Shown here: piece by piece, positions 31,221 to 46,417 of the stretch
Layout of the letters: every line of letters starts with the position of its first letter
How positions within the stretch are numbered: the stretch's first letter is position 1
NCBI RefSeq assembly: GCF_009914755.1
Contig: NC_060926.1
Length of the DNA: 64,000 bases
Direction: 5' to 3' (one strand)
Source of the DNA: the human T2T-CHM13v2.0 reference genome, Homo sapiens
Notes under the pieces: generated by a model
Told to the model about the DNA's origin: nothing
Databases searched by the model: none
The model's input: the letters and a program-made list of their open reading frames with translations, nothing else
Program-made: the position numbers and the translations under genes

Positions 31221-32345
31221 ATGGAATAAGTAGAAAACAAATAGCAAGGTGCTAAACTTAGAACCAACTATATCATCACTATATTAAGTATAAATTGTTG
31301 AAACACTCAGATTAAAAGGCTTTTTTGTTTTCATCAGACTGATAAAAACCCAATAAACAACTCCAGGGGTTGGCAAACTTTTTATTAAAAGGACACATTA
31401 TAACTATTTTAAGATTAAGGTCCATACTGTTTCTGTCACAACTACTCAACTCTCTTATCAGAGATCAAAATGTAAACAAGTAGGTATGTCTATGTTCCAA
31501 TAAAACTTTATTTGCAAAATAAGCAATTGGCTTTTTGTAGGGGGTTAGATATAGGGGGTAGACTCCTGCTATACTAAATAGAAGGAGTGCATTTTAAATA
31601 TAAAAACACAGGTAGGTTAAAAGTTAAAGGATGTGTTAAATATACCATGCAAACACTAATAATCAGAAAGTCAAGGTGGCTAAAATAATATGAGAAAAAG
31701 TATATGTCTGGACAAGTGTTTTAACAGAGATAAAGAGGAAATTTTATAATAAGATAGTTCAAGAGGATTTATTCTCCTAAATGTATATCCACTTAACAAT
31801 AGATCTTAAAAATATATGAAGCAAAAACTGGTAAGAGTTGAAAGAAGAAATAGACAATTCCACAATTATAGTTAGATATTTCAACCTTCCTCTCCCATAA
31901 ATGGTTATAACAAGTAAACAGAAACCAATAAGAAAATAGAAACCTTCAACAACACTAAAAACTAACCTGACCGAATTGACATTTGTAGAACATATGCCTA
32001 ATAACAACAGAATACACATTTTTTTCACTGTGTATAGAACATTAATCATGATAGAACATATGCTGGCCCATGAAAATCAATAAATTTTTAAAGATTGAAG
32101 TCATCCAGAGTATGTTCTCTGAACAAAACAGAATTAAGTTATAATCCAATACCAAAAAAGCAGGAAAACCTCTCGATATTTGGAAATTAAACAGCACACT
32201 TCTAAACTTATGCGTCAAGAAAAAATTCACCAGAGAAATTAGAAAATATCTTGAACTGAATTGTGATGAAACCACAACATAAAATGTAAAATGCAACTAA
32301 CACATGGCTTAGAAAGAAATTTGTAATTTTAAAAATAAAAGCAAA
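31221..32345 (+). mobile_element. Ancient L1M, 3' continuation (ORF2 endonuclease region)
   Basis: aaatagcaaggtgctaaacttagaacc...attaaaagg, gaaatagacaattccacaattatagttagatatttcaac, tatgttctctgaacaaaacagaattaag. Confidence 0.8.
31363..31545 (+). mobile_element. MER58A hAT-Charlie MITE
   Basis: caggggttggcaaacttttt...gtcacaactactcaactct...gttccaataaaactttattt. Confidence 0.8.
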
Positions 32346-32529
32346 TTAAACTAACCAAAGTAACAAGGCAACAACAAGGAAATAACATAAGGAATGGATG
32401 GGAAGTCATTAAAATAGCAGGTGGGAGATCTTGATGATGACAGCCCTCAAGCTGAGTAACAACTTGTTGCAGTCTGGCCTGGCTGTTATCTTTGCACAGG
32501 TATCATTGGTATCACTTATCCTCTTACAT

Positions 32530-32665
32530 GACGATTTCCTTTCTCCTATGTTGAAACTCATGTTTCTTAATCTTTTGTTTTTTTCCTTAATTTGCCGTCT
32601 CATTTTTTGGAGCAAGTCCTCCAGGAAGTTCTTGAGAAAGAATGTATAGGAGGTAATTTTTTGTA
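32530..32665 (-). mobile_element. HAL1/L1M-like fragment
   Basis: ttcttgagaaagaatgtataggaggtaattttttg motif. Confidence 0.4.
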
Positions 32666-33394
32666 ATAGTTCCATTTCTCATTGTTTTAAATTTCCATGG
32701 ATGTTAGATCTTTCCACTACGGTTTCATTTATATTGCCGTAATCTGTTATGACTAGTGTAGGTAATTAGAAGTAGCTATTTTAAAATATTTTTGTGCCAC
32801 TACTAAAAAAAAATGGTTTCCTTTATGTAATGCCTATAACTATATGAGGGAAGCATTCTGAAAGAGTCCCTTTCATAAGAAAGAAAATTCCAGAAGACAT
32901 TGGTATTAAAAGAATCAATCTCTTAGGTAAGCTTTGTTACTCAGAATTGTGTTTACCAAAATAGGTACATCTCCATTTGTGTCTATTTCTTCTATGTAAA
33001 ATTAAAATTTTTGTCATCAGCAATAACAGTATGACTTAGTATCTTTAAAACTTGGTGTCTTTTATGAAATGCAAGAATGTAGATCATATGGTAACCTAGC
33101 TTACCAAATGGGAAATCCGTGAGCCAGAGCTAGCCATGATTCCTCTTGTTATTTTCTATGAATTTGAATGAAAATTGCCTAATTCATTCATGTTTGGGAT
33201 TATTTTATTGTGTCAGACAAAGTAGGCTCTTTTATAAGCAAAGGGAGTGGGGGTGCCATTTGCACTGGTGTGTGTGTGTGTGTGTGTATAAACAAATCTG
33301 TATGTAATATAGATTGTATAGCATTTGGTGTACCTCCATCCACATGTGCCAAAATTGGAAAATTAATATATCTCACTTGAACAAAAGTATGGCA

Positions 33395-33835
33395 ACTTAT
33401 ATTTGCCAAAACCAGCTACAGAAATATTCCAGATCCCACATGCTCTTTATATTCTTTATACTCTCCCATCAAGAGGTAGATTCCATTTCCCCTCCTCCTG
33501 AAATTTGGCTTCTTTGACCAATAGAATATGGTGGAAGTGACTCTAGGTAGCTTCAAAGGCTTAGGCATAAAAGGCAATCCCGTTCTGCTAGGATCTCTCT
33601 CAGAATACTCACCCTTGAAATCCCAGTCCCCATATTGTGAGGAAGACTGAGCCACGTGAGAGGCTGCAACCACACCAAGCATGTGATGGAGCAAGTTTTC
33701 AGACGATTTCAGTTCCCAGCCTTAAAGGTGCCCCAGCTGGTACCAAGTGGAGCAGAGACAAACTATCCCTGCTGAACTCTGCCTAAATTTTTAAACAAAC
33801 TAATGATTGTTTGTTATGCAGCAGTAATTAATTAG
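33395..33835 (+). mobile_element. MLT1G/H-like MaLR LTR
   Basis: cccatcaagaggtag, tttgaccaatagaatatggtggaagtgac, tgtgaggaag, tggagcagagacaaactatccc. Confidence 0.75.
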
Positions 33836-33849
33836 GACAAAAAAAGGTT

Positions 33850-34025
33850 CTGTTTCCAGGTAAGTTTGGAAAGTACCACATTAAAGAACAGCAAAGGAAG
33901 TTTCCTTCCTGCAAGAAAGCCTTCAGTGTGCTAATGTGTGTAATGGTCTCCAAGATCATATAGCATACACTTTGCAAAGAGCATGTTAGTTCTATATTCC
34001 ATGGAACTTAACTTGGGAAACCCTT
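33850..34025 (+). mobile_element. MER103C-like hAT fossil
   Basis: gccttcagtgtgctaatgtg...ctccaaga...ttccatggaacttaacttgggaaa. Confidence 0.55.
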
Positions 34026-34213
34026 CTCCATATTCATTATTTTAATGGTTACGTATTCTATTAATAAAGTATGATGCTTCATTCTTCTGTGCTTGAACAT
34101 TTAGGTTACTTATAACATTTTGCTGTTATATGTGATTTAGTGTTTTCTTTCTTTTATTTATTTCCTTAGGCACTATTCTTTGGAGTAGAATTACTGTGTC
34201 ATAGCATCTGAGG

Positions 34214-34502
<289 letters not shown>

Positions 34503-35300
34503 AAATTCTTAATGACTGGCTACACTAACTTATGAATGCCATAATCAATACAGATTTTTTCTCCAGAGTCTTGATAGCTATTAACATTTTCCTCTTTTTT
34601 TCACTAAAACATAAAATGGAAATATAATTGTTTTGATTTGAATTTAATGTCTATCAAGATTGCATCTTTTTTATTGCCTTCGTATGTGTCTGTAGATCCA
34701 ACATGTTTATCACCACAACTACCTGAGTTCTAATGGTCCCAAGACAACTCTACCACCAAATTTCTACCTTTGTTTCTCAATGTCTCTGTGCATTGGCTTC
34801 CTCTGTAAATGGGAATACAAAAATTACCTGTTTCAGGTTGTTACAAGGAGTAAAGGAAATAATGTACATAAAGCATTTGGTGAGGTTTTATATATTATGA
34901 TATCATAATATATAAAGAACAATAAATAAGTCTAGGTTTTCTCCTATAGATGAGTTACAGTGATTTTTACATGTTTTCATAGTAAGTTCATCATATATAT
35001 TAGATATAAGCACTTTGTTTTATTTTTTATTGTCATTTTTCTTATCTTTTGATTTCATTCTATGAAAGTTATAAATATTTATAATGAAATGGCAAGGAAA
35101 AAAGCTTATAAATGTTCATATGATAACTTCTGCTTCTTAATGGTTAAAAGTACATTCCATCTACCTATGAAATTAAAATATTCTTCTATAAATTATTCCA
35201 TCAAGAAAGCATCGTGCTATGAGCTATATTAAACACAGGGATCATAAGAGGACATGATGACTTTCCTAGAGTAGCTTCTAATCTGGTCTAAGAGGAGGAT

Positions 35301-35764
35301 TGTATTGTTCAGGGTTCTCCAGAGAAACAGTAGGGGGGAATATATATATGTATGTATGTGTATATGTATGTATGTGTATATGTATATATCTGTGTATATT
35401 ATATATATATGAATATATCATATATGTATTTATGCATGTATATGTACATTTATAGAAATTTATTTCAAGATATTGGCTTAAGCAACTAAGGGACTGGCAA
35501 GTATTAAATTTGTAAGGAAGGCCACAGGCTGAAAACTCTCGGGCAGGAGCTGATCCTGCAGTCTTGAAGCAAAATTTCTTCTTCAAGTATATCTCAGCTT
35601 TGCTCTTAAGGCCTTTCAACTGAGTAGATGAGGCTCATTCAGATTGTGGAAGATAATCTCCTTTACCTAAAGTCAGCTGATTGTAGGTATTAACCCCAGT
35701 ATTGTTTAACTGAATAACCGGGTACTCTAGCCTATCCAATTGGGGCAGAAAACTAACCATCACA
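35301..35764 (-). mobile_element. MLT2D-like ERVL solo LTR with an expanded TA/TG microsatellite (35340-35450)
   Basis: tgtattgttcagggttctccagagaaacag ... cttaaggcctttcaactga ... aaactaaccatcaca. Confidence 0.85.
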
Positions 35765-35908
35765 AAGGCAAATAATATGGCAGACTTTTAACAGTAATTT
35801 TCATATTAATACATTTCAGCACTTCAATACTAAGTCATTCTTTAAATTGTGGCCTTTAATAAATAAACAAATAAAATGAATAAACTAATATGTTGAAAGG
35901 GAAAAGAT

Positions 35909-36192
35909 GGCCAGGCACGGTGGCTCATGTCTATAATCTAACCACTTTGGGAGGCCGAGGTGGATGGATCACTTGAGGCCAGAGTTTGAGACCAGCCTGG
36001 GCATGATGGTGAAACCTCATCTCTACAAAAAATAGCTTGGCATTGTGGCTTATACCTGTGGTCCCAAGTTACCCTAGTGGCTGAGGTGGGAGGATCACTT
36101 AAGCCCAGGAAGTTGAGGCTGCAGTGAGCCAAGATTGCGCCACTGTACTCCAGCCTGGGTGACAGAGTAAGACCCTGTCTCAAAAAAAAAAA
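35909..36192 (+). mobile_element. AluJ
   Basis: Both arms and polyA; GAAAAGAT on both flanks. Confidence 0.93.
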
Positions 36193-36831
36193 GAAAAGAT
36201 TTGTTTTCAATATAAATGTCATGGATTTCTTTATTATCCCAGCTCTCTATAACATATATCCTATGAGTGTCTCTCTACAAAAAGAAACTATCATATGCGG
36301 TATACAAAGTATGACTAAGAAATAAAGTGATTTGATTTTTAAACTACTACATCATGCCATCCAAATGAATGTTAAGTCTTCCAAAATAATCATCTTAGGA
36401 AGCTGTACATTTATCTTATGATAGAAAAATTCCTTAATCGTTTGCATATCCTCTTTTAAAATTACCTCCTCAATCTGAAGTGCATTATTTTGACTATATT
36501 GATAGTTTCCTCACCTTCTTTAAACTTTTGCTCAAATGTTACTTCCTCAGTAAGAATTACTCTGACCATTCTATTTTAAATTGCAGTCCCCCCCTTACCT
36601 TGCTTTCTTTTTCCCCCCTAAGATTTAAATTTTCTAATGCATATGTAATCTACATATTTATTGTCTGCCCACACTAGAAACTACGCAACACCGAGGCAGG
36701 GTTTTTGCAATCTAATAGAGGTACTTTCTCAAAGAGTTTGTAGATATACAATCCAGTTTTTATAAAAATGTAGCACTTAAAAGCAAGTCTAATTCAGACT
36801 TAAGTTGTTTTTGAACAGAAATGTGATCTGG

Positions 36832-37147
<316 letters not shown>

Positions 37148-37359
37148 TCAACACAGAAAAAAAAAGACATTATACGTATACTGATGACTTTTAAAAATAC
37201 TTCGCACATCATTAAGGAACACTTTAAATGTAAGAACTTCTAAAGAAGTTCTTCTGATCTAAATAGTTGGCCTTTGTATACTTTATTTTAACCTATTAAG
37301 GCACTTTTTTAAAAAGCTGCTTTAAAACTTTTTTTAAAATTCATCATTGGAAACATGAT

Positions 37360-39300
<1,941 letters not shown>

Positions 39301-39330
39301 AAAAAGCAACTCTTTAAAAGCTGTAAAATA

Positions 39331-39539
39331 GACTGGCCAACATAGTGAAACCAGTCTCTACTAGAAATACAAAAAAATTAGCCAGATGTGGTGGCAGGCA
39401 CCTGTAATACCAGGTACTCAGGAGGCTGAAGCAGGAGAATCGCTTGAACTTGGGAGGTGGAGGTTGCACTGAGCCAAGATCACGCCATTGCACTCTAGCC
39501 CAGGCAACATCACGAGACTCCATCTCAAAAAAAAAAAAA
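39331..39539 (+). mobile_element. 5'-truncated AluS with TSD
   Basis: Starts in mid left arm (ctggccaacatagtgaaacc); TSD AAAAGCTGTAAA(A/C)TA at 39316-30 and 39540-54. Confidence 0.9.
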
Positions 39540-40499
39540 AAAAGCTGTAAACTAATGAATTTTTAATTTTTTACCATAACAATTTTTAATGATTAGGAAA
39601 GTTCACAAATGAAATTAAAAGGCACTAATGAAATTAAAAGGAAACCTGGGAACTAATATTTGGTACATGCAACAAAGAAGATGCTGATTTTCTTAACATG
39701 CAAAGAGTTGTAACAATTAAATGTGGGAAAGATGGCCTATTTGCATAAAAGACCTGAAAATGCAGTTTATCAGAGAAGAAATGCAAATGGCTAATAAACC
39801 TGTAAAAATAATTTTCCACCCATTCCCTTGCACTCTGATGACATTTTTCTAGTGCTCGCTTGATGTCTGTGTGTTTTGCTATTCTTTTTATTCTTTTCCT
39901 GAATTATCTTTGTTATTACTACTGTTCTTCTTCTGTTGCTCATGACAGAATATAATGGTTTTACCTGGCTACCTATTTTCAAGAGGTGCGTGTGCATTAG
40001 GAAGGAGGGTCAAGGAAAGGGTGGGTTCACATTATTGTTGCAATTTTGCAAGTCTTCACAAGAAGGTAATCTCCGCTGCAACAGAAACAAAATACTTCCT
40101 ATGAGGATGGCTTGTCTGTGGATCCTTTATGTAGCCCTGTCTTTTATGCTTCTCTAAAGCTGAGTCTAGCAAGATTCTGCTGACAACTCATCTCACCTTT
40201 GTTCCCATACTTGTGATTATAACAATACCTGTAGCAACATAAGGTATGTTATGTGTACGATCAGAGAATAGATTGTGGACATCATTTTCTTGGATCTACA
40301 CTGCAGAGCCCTTTACCATGGATAAATTTCTCCAAGACTGCTTCTGTTCATGTATTTTCATGTGGCTCCTTCTAATTTTGCATCCCCTTTTGCCTATTTT
40401 AGAGTATAAGGGTCAAACCTGAACTCTAATTTTGCTGAAAATATAATGCTTAACTTTCTTCAGGAAGAAAGAAAAGGAGAGAGGGAAAGAATGGGAGAA

Positions 40500-41340
40500 A
40501 AGAGAAGAGAAAAAATGAATAAAGCAATCACCTTTGTTGGAAAAACCTACAATCCAGAAAGCAAGGACTCTGGAAAAGACATCATGAAACAATAGTAGAA
40601 GATGAATTATGAGCTGGCCAAACTTAGGAAAAAAGGATTTATTTCAAATATGAAATTGGAAGGAGCACAAGAAAGGCTAGACATCATGGAAAGCACCTTA
40701 AGGAATATTGTGGATTAAAATGTGAAGAATGAATAAAATAAACCAAAGAAAAAAAAGATTAGAAATAAAATTTTGTGAATGTATATAGATAGACTGAGAC
40801 AGAGAAAGACACAAAAGAAAACCAAAAGAGTAGAAAAGAATGAATTATTTAAAGATAAGACTCAATAATAATTTAAAATATAATTTTGATCTACATATTG
40901 AAAGAGCATACCATGGACCAGGGAAAGTTGACCTAGAACTGTCAATACTGAGACATGTCCTCATAAAATTTCTGTACATTAAACATGAAGAAAGAATAGT
41001 CAGGTCAATAATAGAAGGGGAAAAAGTCAGACTTGTGTCTGTCTTATCCACATCAACATTTAGTACCAGTTGCCAGTGGAGTAACAGCTACAGGATCTTA
41101 TAGAAAGGAAAGTGTTTAATATTTTAAATTTAGCCCAAATGTCTTCAAGTTTAAATACTAAAGACAGTTTTGAACTCAACAAATATAAAGACAGTTTTGA
41201 ACTCAAGAAATACTTTTTGAAAACATTCTTAGAAAATGAGCTACTGCCAATCAGATATAAATAAACAGGAAAATTATCATAGAAGGTCTGTCAGCAAGCA
41301 TTGAAAGGATTTAACTGTAAAAGAAAGACTAAAATGTGGG
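40500..41340 (+). mobile_element. HAL1 (half-L1) ORF1-like fossil
   Basis: attgaaagagcataccatggaccagggaaagttgacctagaa...ctgagacatgtcctcataaaa; the remnant translates LHIERAYHGPGK...RHVLIKF. Confidence 0.65.
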
Positions 41341-41366
41341 AATTAGAGCTAAAGAACAAAATGTAG

Positions 41367-41793
<427 letters not shown>

Positions 41794-42164
41794 GACTAAT
41801 TTTCTCATCTTTAATACTTGGAAGTCAAAGAATATCAATTAAAGCTGACAAAAAATAAAAGTATCAGCATAATTTAACAATACAAGGAAAAATAGTGAAA
41901 AACATTAACTGAAATATGATGAATGAAAGAAAAAGGACAGAGTAATAGAAAGCATGCAAATATTATAATTGCTTATAACAGTGAACTAATAGATTTTGAA
42001 TACAGAAATAAGGACAGATATAAATTACATGTTTATTTGTAAAAACAAAGTTGCATAAAATTATAAACATAACCACTGGAACAAAGATACAGAGAAATTA
42101 CCCATGGAGAAAAATAGGATAAACAGTACCAATGATATTTTTGTTTAAAAATATGTAGAAAATA

Positions 42165-42558
42165 GGCAGGCTGCAATGGCTCATGCCTGTAATCCCAGCA
42201 CTGTTGGAGGCCAAGGCAGACGTATCCCTTGAGCCCAGGAGTTTGAGAACAGTCAGGGCAACATGGCAAAACCCTGCCTGTACAAAAATACAAAAATCAG
42301 CCAGTGATCCCAGCGACTTGGGAGGCTGAGGTGGGAGGATCACTTGAGCCCGGGAGTTCGAGACCACCCTGGGCAACATGGCGAAACCCCAGCTCTACAA
42401 AAAATACAAAAATTAGCTGGTGGACCCAGTGACTTGGGATGCTGAGGTTGGGAGGATTGATTGAGCCTGTGAAGTGGAGGTTGCAGCAAGCCGAGATCGC
42501 GTCACTGCACTCCAACTTGTGCAACAAGAGTGAGACCCTGTCTCAAAAAAAAAAAAAA
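42165..42558 (+). mobile_element. Trimeric AluJ-type element (about 390 bp)
   Basis: Two A-rich linkers (tacaaaaatacaaaaat at about 42281 and 42396) and three arm-like units before the polyA. Confidence 0.85.
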
Positions 42559-42757
42559 TAGAGAGACACACACACACTTGTATATGTAGACATATATATT
42601 ATATACACACGCATATATATGTATACAGAGAGAAAACAAAATAACAGAATGAAGAACAATTCTTTCTGTTAGATGCCCACTGTCACATTATCATTTAACA
42701 TTTTACTAAGGGGAATCAGCCAAGAGAAAAATTAATGTAAGTGGATTTTAAAAACAT

Positions 42758-43051
42758 GTTTTGTTGAAACATAATTATACATATTTATGGGGTACATATG
42801 ATGTTTTGATACATGTATACAGTGAATAATGATCAAATCAGGGTAATTGGGATATCCACCACCTCAAATGTTTACCATTTCTTTGGGTTAGAAACATTTC
42901 AAACCTTCTCTTCTAGCTATTTTGAAATATACAACAAAATATTCCTATTTTGCTATTGAACCCTAGAACTTATTCCTTCTATCTAATGGTATTTTTGTAC
43001 CCGTTAACCAGTCTCTCTCCATCTCCCCTCCCCACTACCTTCCCAACCTCT
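42758..43051 (-). mobile_element. L1MA4/5-like 3' end
   Basis: catatttatggggtacatatgatgttttgatacatg...tgatcaaatcagggtaattgggatatcc. Confidence 0.85.
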
Positions 43052-43344
43052 CACTTTTTAAAAAGTAGATTTCTGACCAAATCATAGAGCACTCTATTCT
43101 CTGATATGTTTAAAAGATACAATAAAGTATCTTATAAATGTCAAAACATAAAGATGAAAAGCCAGATAAAGGTAAGCAAGGTATTTATATTAGACCAGAG
43201 AAATTCAGTCAACAAAAATGTTAAGTGAGGTGAACACAGTCTCATTGTGAATACACATGAAGATGAAGCAGTTATGAATATCTACAGGTTAAATAGCATG
43301 GCATCAATAATTGGAAAGACAATGCACGTACCATTGAAAATAGT

Positions 43345-43913
43345 CAGAAACACTGAATACAGGTTCAGCTGCTTGCTGTTTGCAAAACCAAATTACAAGG
43401 ACAAAGTTCAGTGGAAGAAAAGTGACTTTATTTCCAAAGTAGCATTGGGGAAATGGTCTAGACTTCCTGCCTTAAAGAAACCATTTCAAATTTTTGGCCA
43501 GAATACAACAAGTTAAAAGTGAAATTTGGTATGAAGGATGTGCAGGAGGGGCAAGGAGGTACAGGACCACGTAACTTGCTTCAGTGCTTTATTATGTGCT
43601 ATTGTCCAATCTGGTAAATGGGCTAGCATTATCTTGAGCATATATAGGTTGTAAATTAACTGTACACTCACATAATCTCTTGTTGGGAGAAAATTGCATA
43701 AGTACCTGGATTGTCTCAAGATTCAATCACAGAAACTTCTAAGCAGACATAATTAGATAAGTGAGCAGTGCAAGGGAGTGCCTGGGGGAAAGAAGGAGAG
43801 TAAAGGTCATTATTTTATTATTAACAAGAAACAGGCACCAAATAAGGGAGGGAAGTAAAAAAGAAAAAAAAAGGACAAAAAAAAAACCCTTAAAAATAGG
43901 TTACTCGGTTACA
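43345..43913 (-). mobile_element. ERV1 solo LTR (MER67-like)
   Basis: Minus strand starts TGTAACCGAGTAACC; polyA signal (tttatt at about 43426) near the other end, caggttcagctgcttgc. Confidence 0.65.
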
Positions 43914-44324
43914 ACACCACTAGACTTGGAAAAGTTACTAATTGTCCCCTCAGTCCATAACAGATCATTCGAGGGTGGGAGATGGTGGAAGAATGAGGAA
44001 ACACTGGAAGCATTTGTGCAAAAGTCAGGAACATTGCAAAGATACCCACTGGCGTGACTATTATTTAACATTGTACTAAAGGGAGCCAGCTGAGAGAGAT
44101 ACTAGAAGTTAGGAAAAAAAAAAAAAAAGATGACGTTAAACCCCTGGGTGTAGATGACACGATTATATACCTGCGTTCATCACCCAAAATAAAATCAACT
44201 AACTATCACAAATAAATTCCCTAAGATATATGGCATGACATTAATATATGTTCATATAGATAACTTTTCATGTATACCAAAATAACTTTCAGTTAAGCCC
44301 TAGCACCCTAAAGCATGTTGTTTG

Positions 44325-44535
44325 TGTATTAGTGTCCTGTGGCTTCTGTAACAAATTACCACAAACCTGGTGTCTTAATGCAAAAAATAATTATTTTCTT
44401 ATAGTTCTAGGGGCCAGGAGTCTGAAATCAGTATCACTGGACCCAAATCCAGTGGGTCCAGTGTGTTGGCAGAGCCATTCTCCTTCTAAAGAATAAGCTG
44501 TTTCTTACCTCTTCCAGCTTCTGCTGGATGCTGCT
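44325..44535 (-). mobile_element. MLT1C/D LTR fragment
   Basis: tgtattagtgtcctgtggcttctgtaacaaattaccacaaac...ctcttccagcttctg. Confidence 0.8.
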
Positions 44536-44656
44536 GGGGAATTATTATTAAGATTAGTTAATCAATTGATTTTATGTAGTTTGTATATTATTCAATCTAG
44601 AAAACATGGAATAAGGACACTCTACCTTGTGTTTGTTTCCCCTATATACCTACTTT

Positions 44657-44976
44657 TATTTTATTTTACTTTATTTCATTTTATTTTTTGAAAATAGGGT
44701 CTTACTCTGTTGCCCAGGCTGGAGTGCAGTGGCATGATCTCAGCTCACTGCAACCCCTGCCTCCCAGGTTCTAGTGAGATTCTGGTGTCTCAGCCTCCCA
44801 AGTAGCTGGGACTACAAGCATGCGCTCCAATGCCAGGCCAATTTTATTTTAATTTTTAGTAGAGATGGAGTTTCACCATGTTGGCCAGGCTGGTCTCGAA
44901 CTCCTGACCTCAAGTGATCTGCCTGCCTCGGCCTCCCCAAGTGCTGAGATTACAGGTGTGAACCACCACGCCAGGC
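44657..44976 (-). mobile_element. AluS with 12-bp TSD
   Basis: TSD TATACCTACTTT at 44645-56 and 44977-88. Confidence 0.95.
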
Positions 44977-45644
44977 TATACCTACTTTATATGACTGCTC
45001 ATCTCTTTTAGGTGAAATGTGTGGCTGGAAACAATTTTGTGATCTTGCTGCCTTTTTCATTTTTGGTTATCTGTTCTTTTTTTTTTTTTTCCAAGGTTGC
45101 CTGTAAACATCACTTGACTATTACAATTATTTTTATAGATTACTTTTACCTGATGGTTACTTTAAGGGACTCTTCATTCCCCAGCTTTTCTCTTCAACTA
45201 CTTATTTTTTTAGAAACTTTAAAATTAACTTTTATAGCAAAGCAAATATTTCCATGAATTATAAAATGAATAGAAATAGTATCATCAAATACCTCTGTTC
45301 TATAAATTATAATCAAAGGAATTTATTTGAAGCAAATTGTATTTTAATTGTCTCTAGTTATGTTTTCACATGGGATTGATTAAACACCGTTATATGTGAT
45401 ACTACATTTTTTCAAATCCAAATGTTATTTTTAACTTTCATTATTACTTCTGTCTTTTCATTGGCATTGGCATAATATATTGTAACTTTTTCATTTTGAT
45501 TTTACCATGAATAGATAGTTTTTAAATTACATTCTAAAACTGATTATGTTGACATAGGAGCATACAACTGAATTTGCTACATATGATCATTTTATTATAT
45601 ATCTCATTGTGTTATTTGAGATTTGTAGTTTTGTGTATTACTTA

Positions 45645-46008
45645 GTACTCTAGTCAGAATGTTTCTGTCTACCCAAAATTCATATGATGAAATCTCATTC
45701 CCAATGCAATAATGTTAAGAGGTGGGACTTTTAGGGGCCAATTAGATCATGAGGGCAGATCCCTCATGATGGGATTAGTGCCACTATAAAAGTGGCCCAA
45801 GGAAACTTGTTCTGCCATTTGAGGACACAAAAAAGGCACCATCTATGAAGAACAGGCTCTTGCCAGACACAGAATCTACCAGTTCCTTGATCTTGGGCCT
45901 CCCATTCCCCAGAACTGTGAGCAATAAACTTCTTTTTTCTTTCTTTTTTTTTTTTTTAATAAATTACCCAGTGTAAGGCACTTTGTTATAGAAGCTCAGA
46001 CTAAGACA
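45645..46008 (+). mobile_element. MLT1A/MSTD-like MaLR solo LTR
   Basis: cccaaaattcatatgatgaaatc...agatcatgagggcag...agaactgtgag...agactaagaca. Confidence 0.85.
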
Positions 46009-46009
46009 C

Positions 46010-46417
46010 TGTGTTAGGTTATTTTTGCATTGCTATAACGGAATAATGAGACTGGCATTTATAAAGGAAAAAGATTTAATTGGCTCACAGTTCTGCAGGC
46101 TGTATAAGCATGGCACCAACATCTGCTTGGCTTCTTATCAGGGCCTCAGGAAGCATACAACCATGGTGAAAGGCAAAGCATGTCACATGGTGAGGGGAGG
46201 AGCAAGGGGCGGGGGGAGGTGCTACATACTTTTAAACAACCATATTTCACATGAACTCAGAGTGAGAACTCACTTGTCACCAGGGGATGGCACTAAGCCA
46301 TTCATGAGCTAGCTATTTGTCCCCATGATCCAAACACCTTCCACCAGGCCCCACCTTCAACAGTGAAGATTACATTTCAACATGAGATTTTGAGAGGACA
46401 AATATCCAAACACATCA
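46010..46417 (-). mobile_element. MSTA/MSTB MaLR solo LTR
   Basis: ttggctcacagttctgcaggctgtataagcatggcacc...ttacatttcaacatgagat...atca; degenerate 5-bp TSD GACAC/AACAC. Confidence 0.88.
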
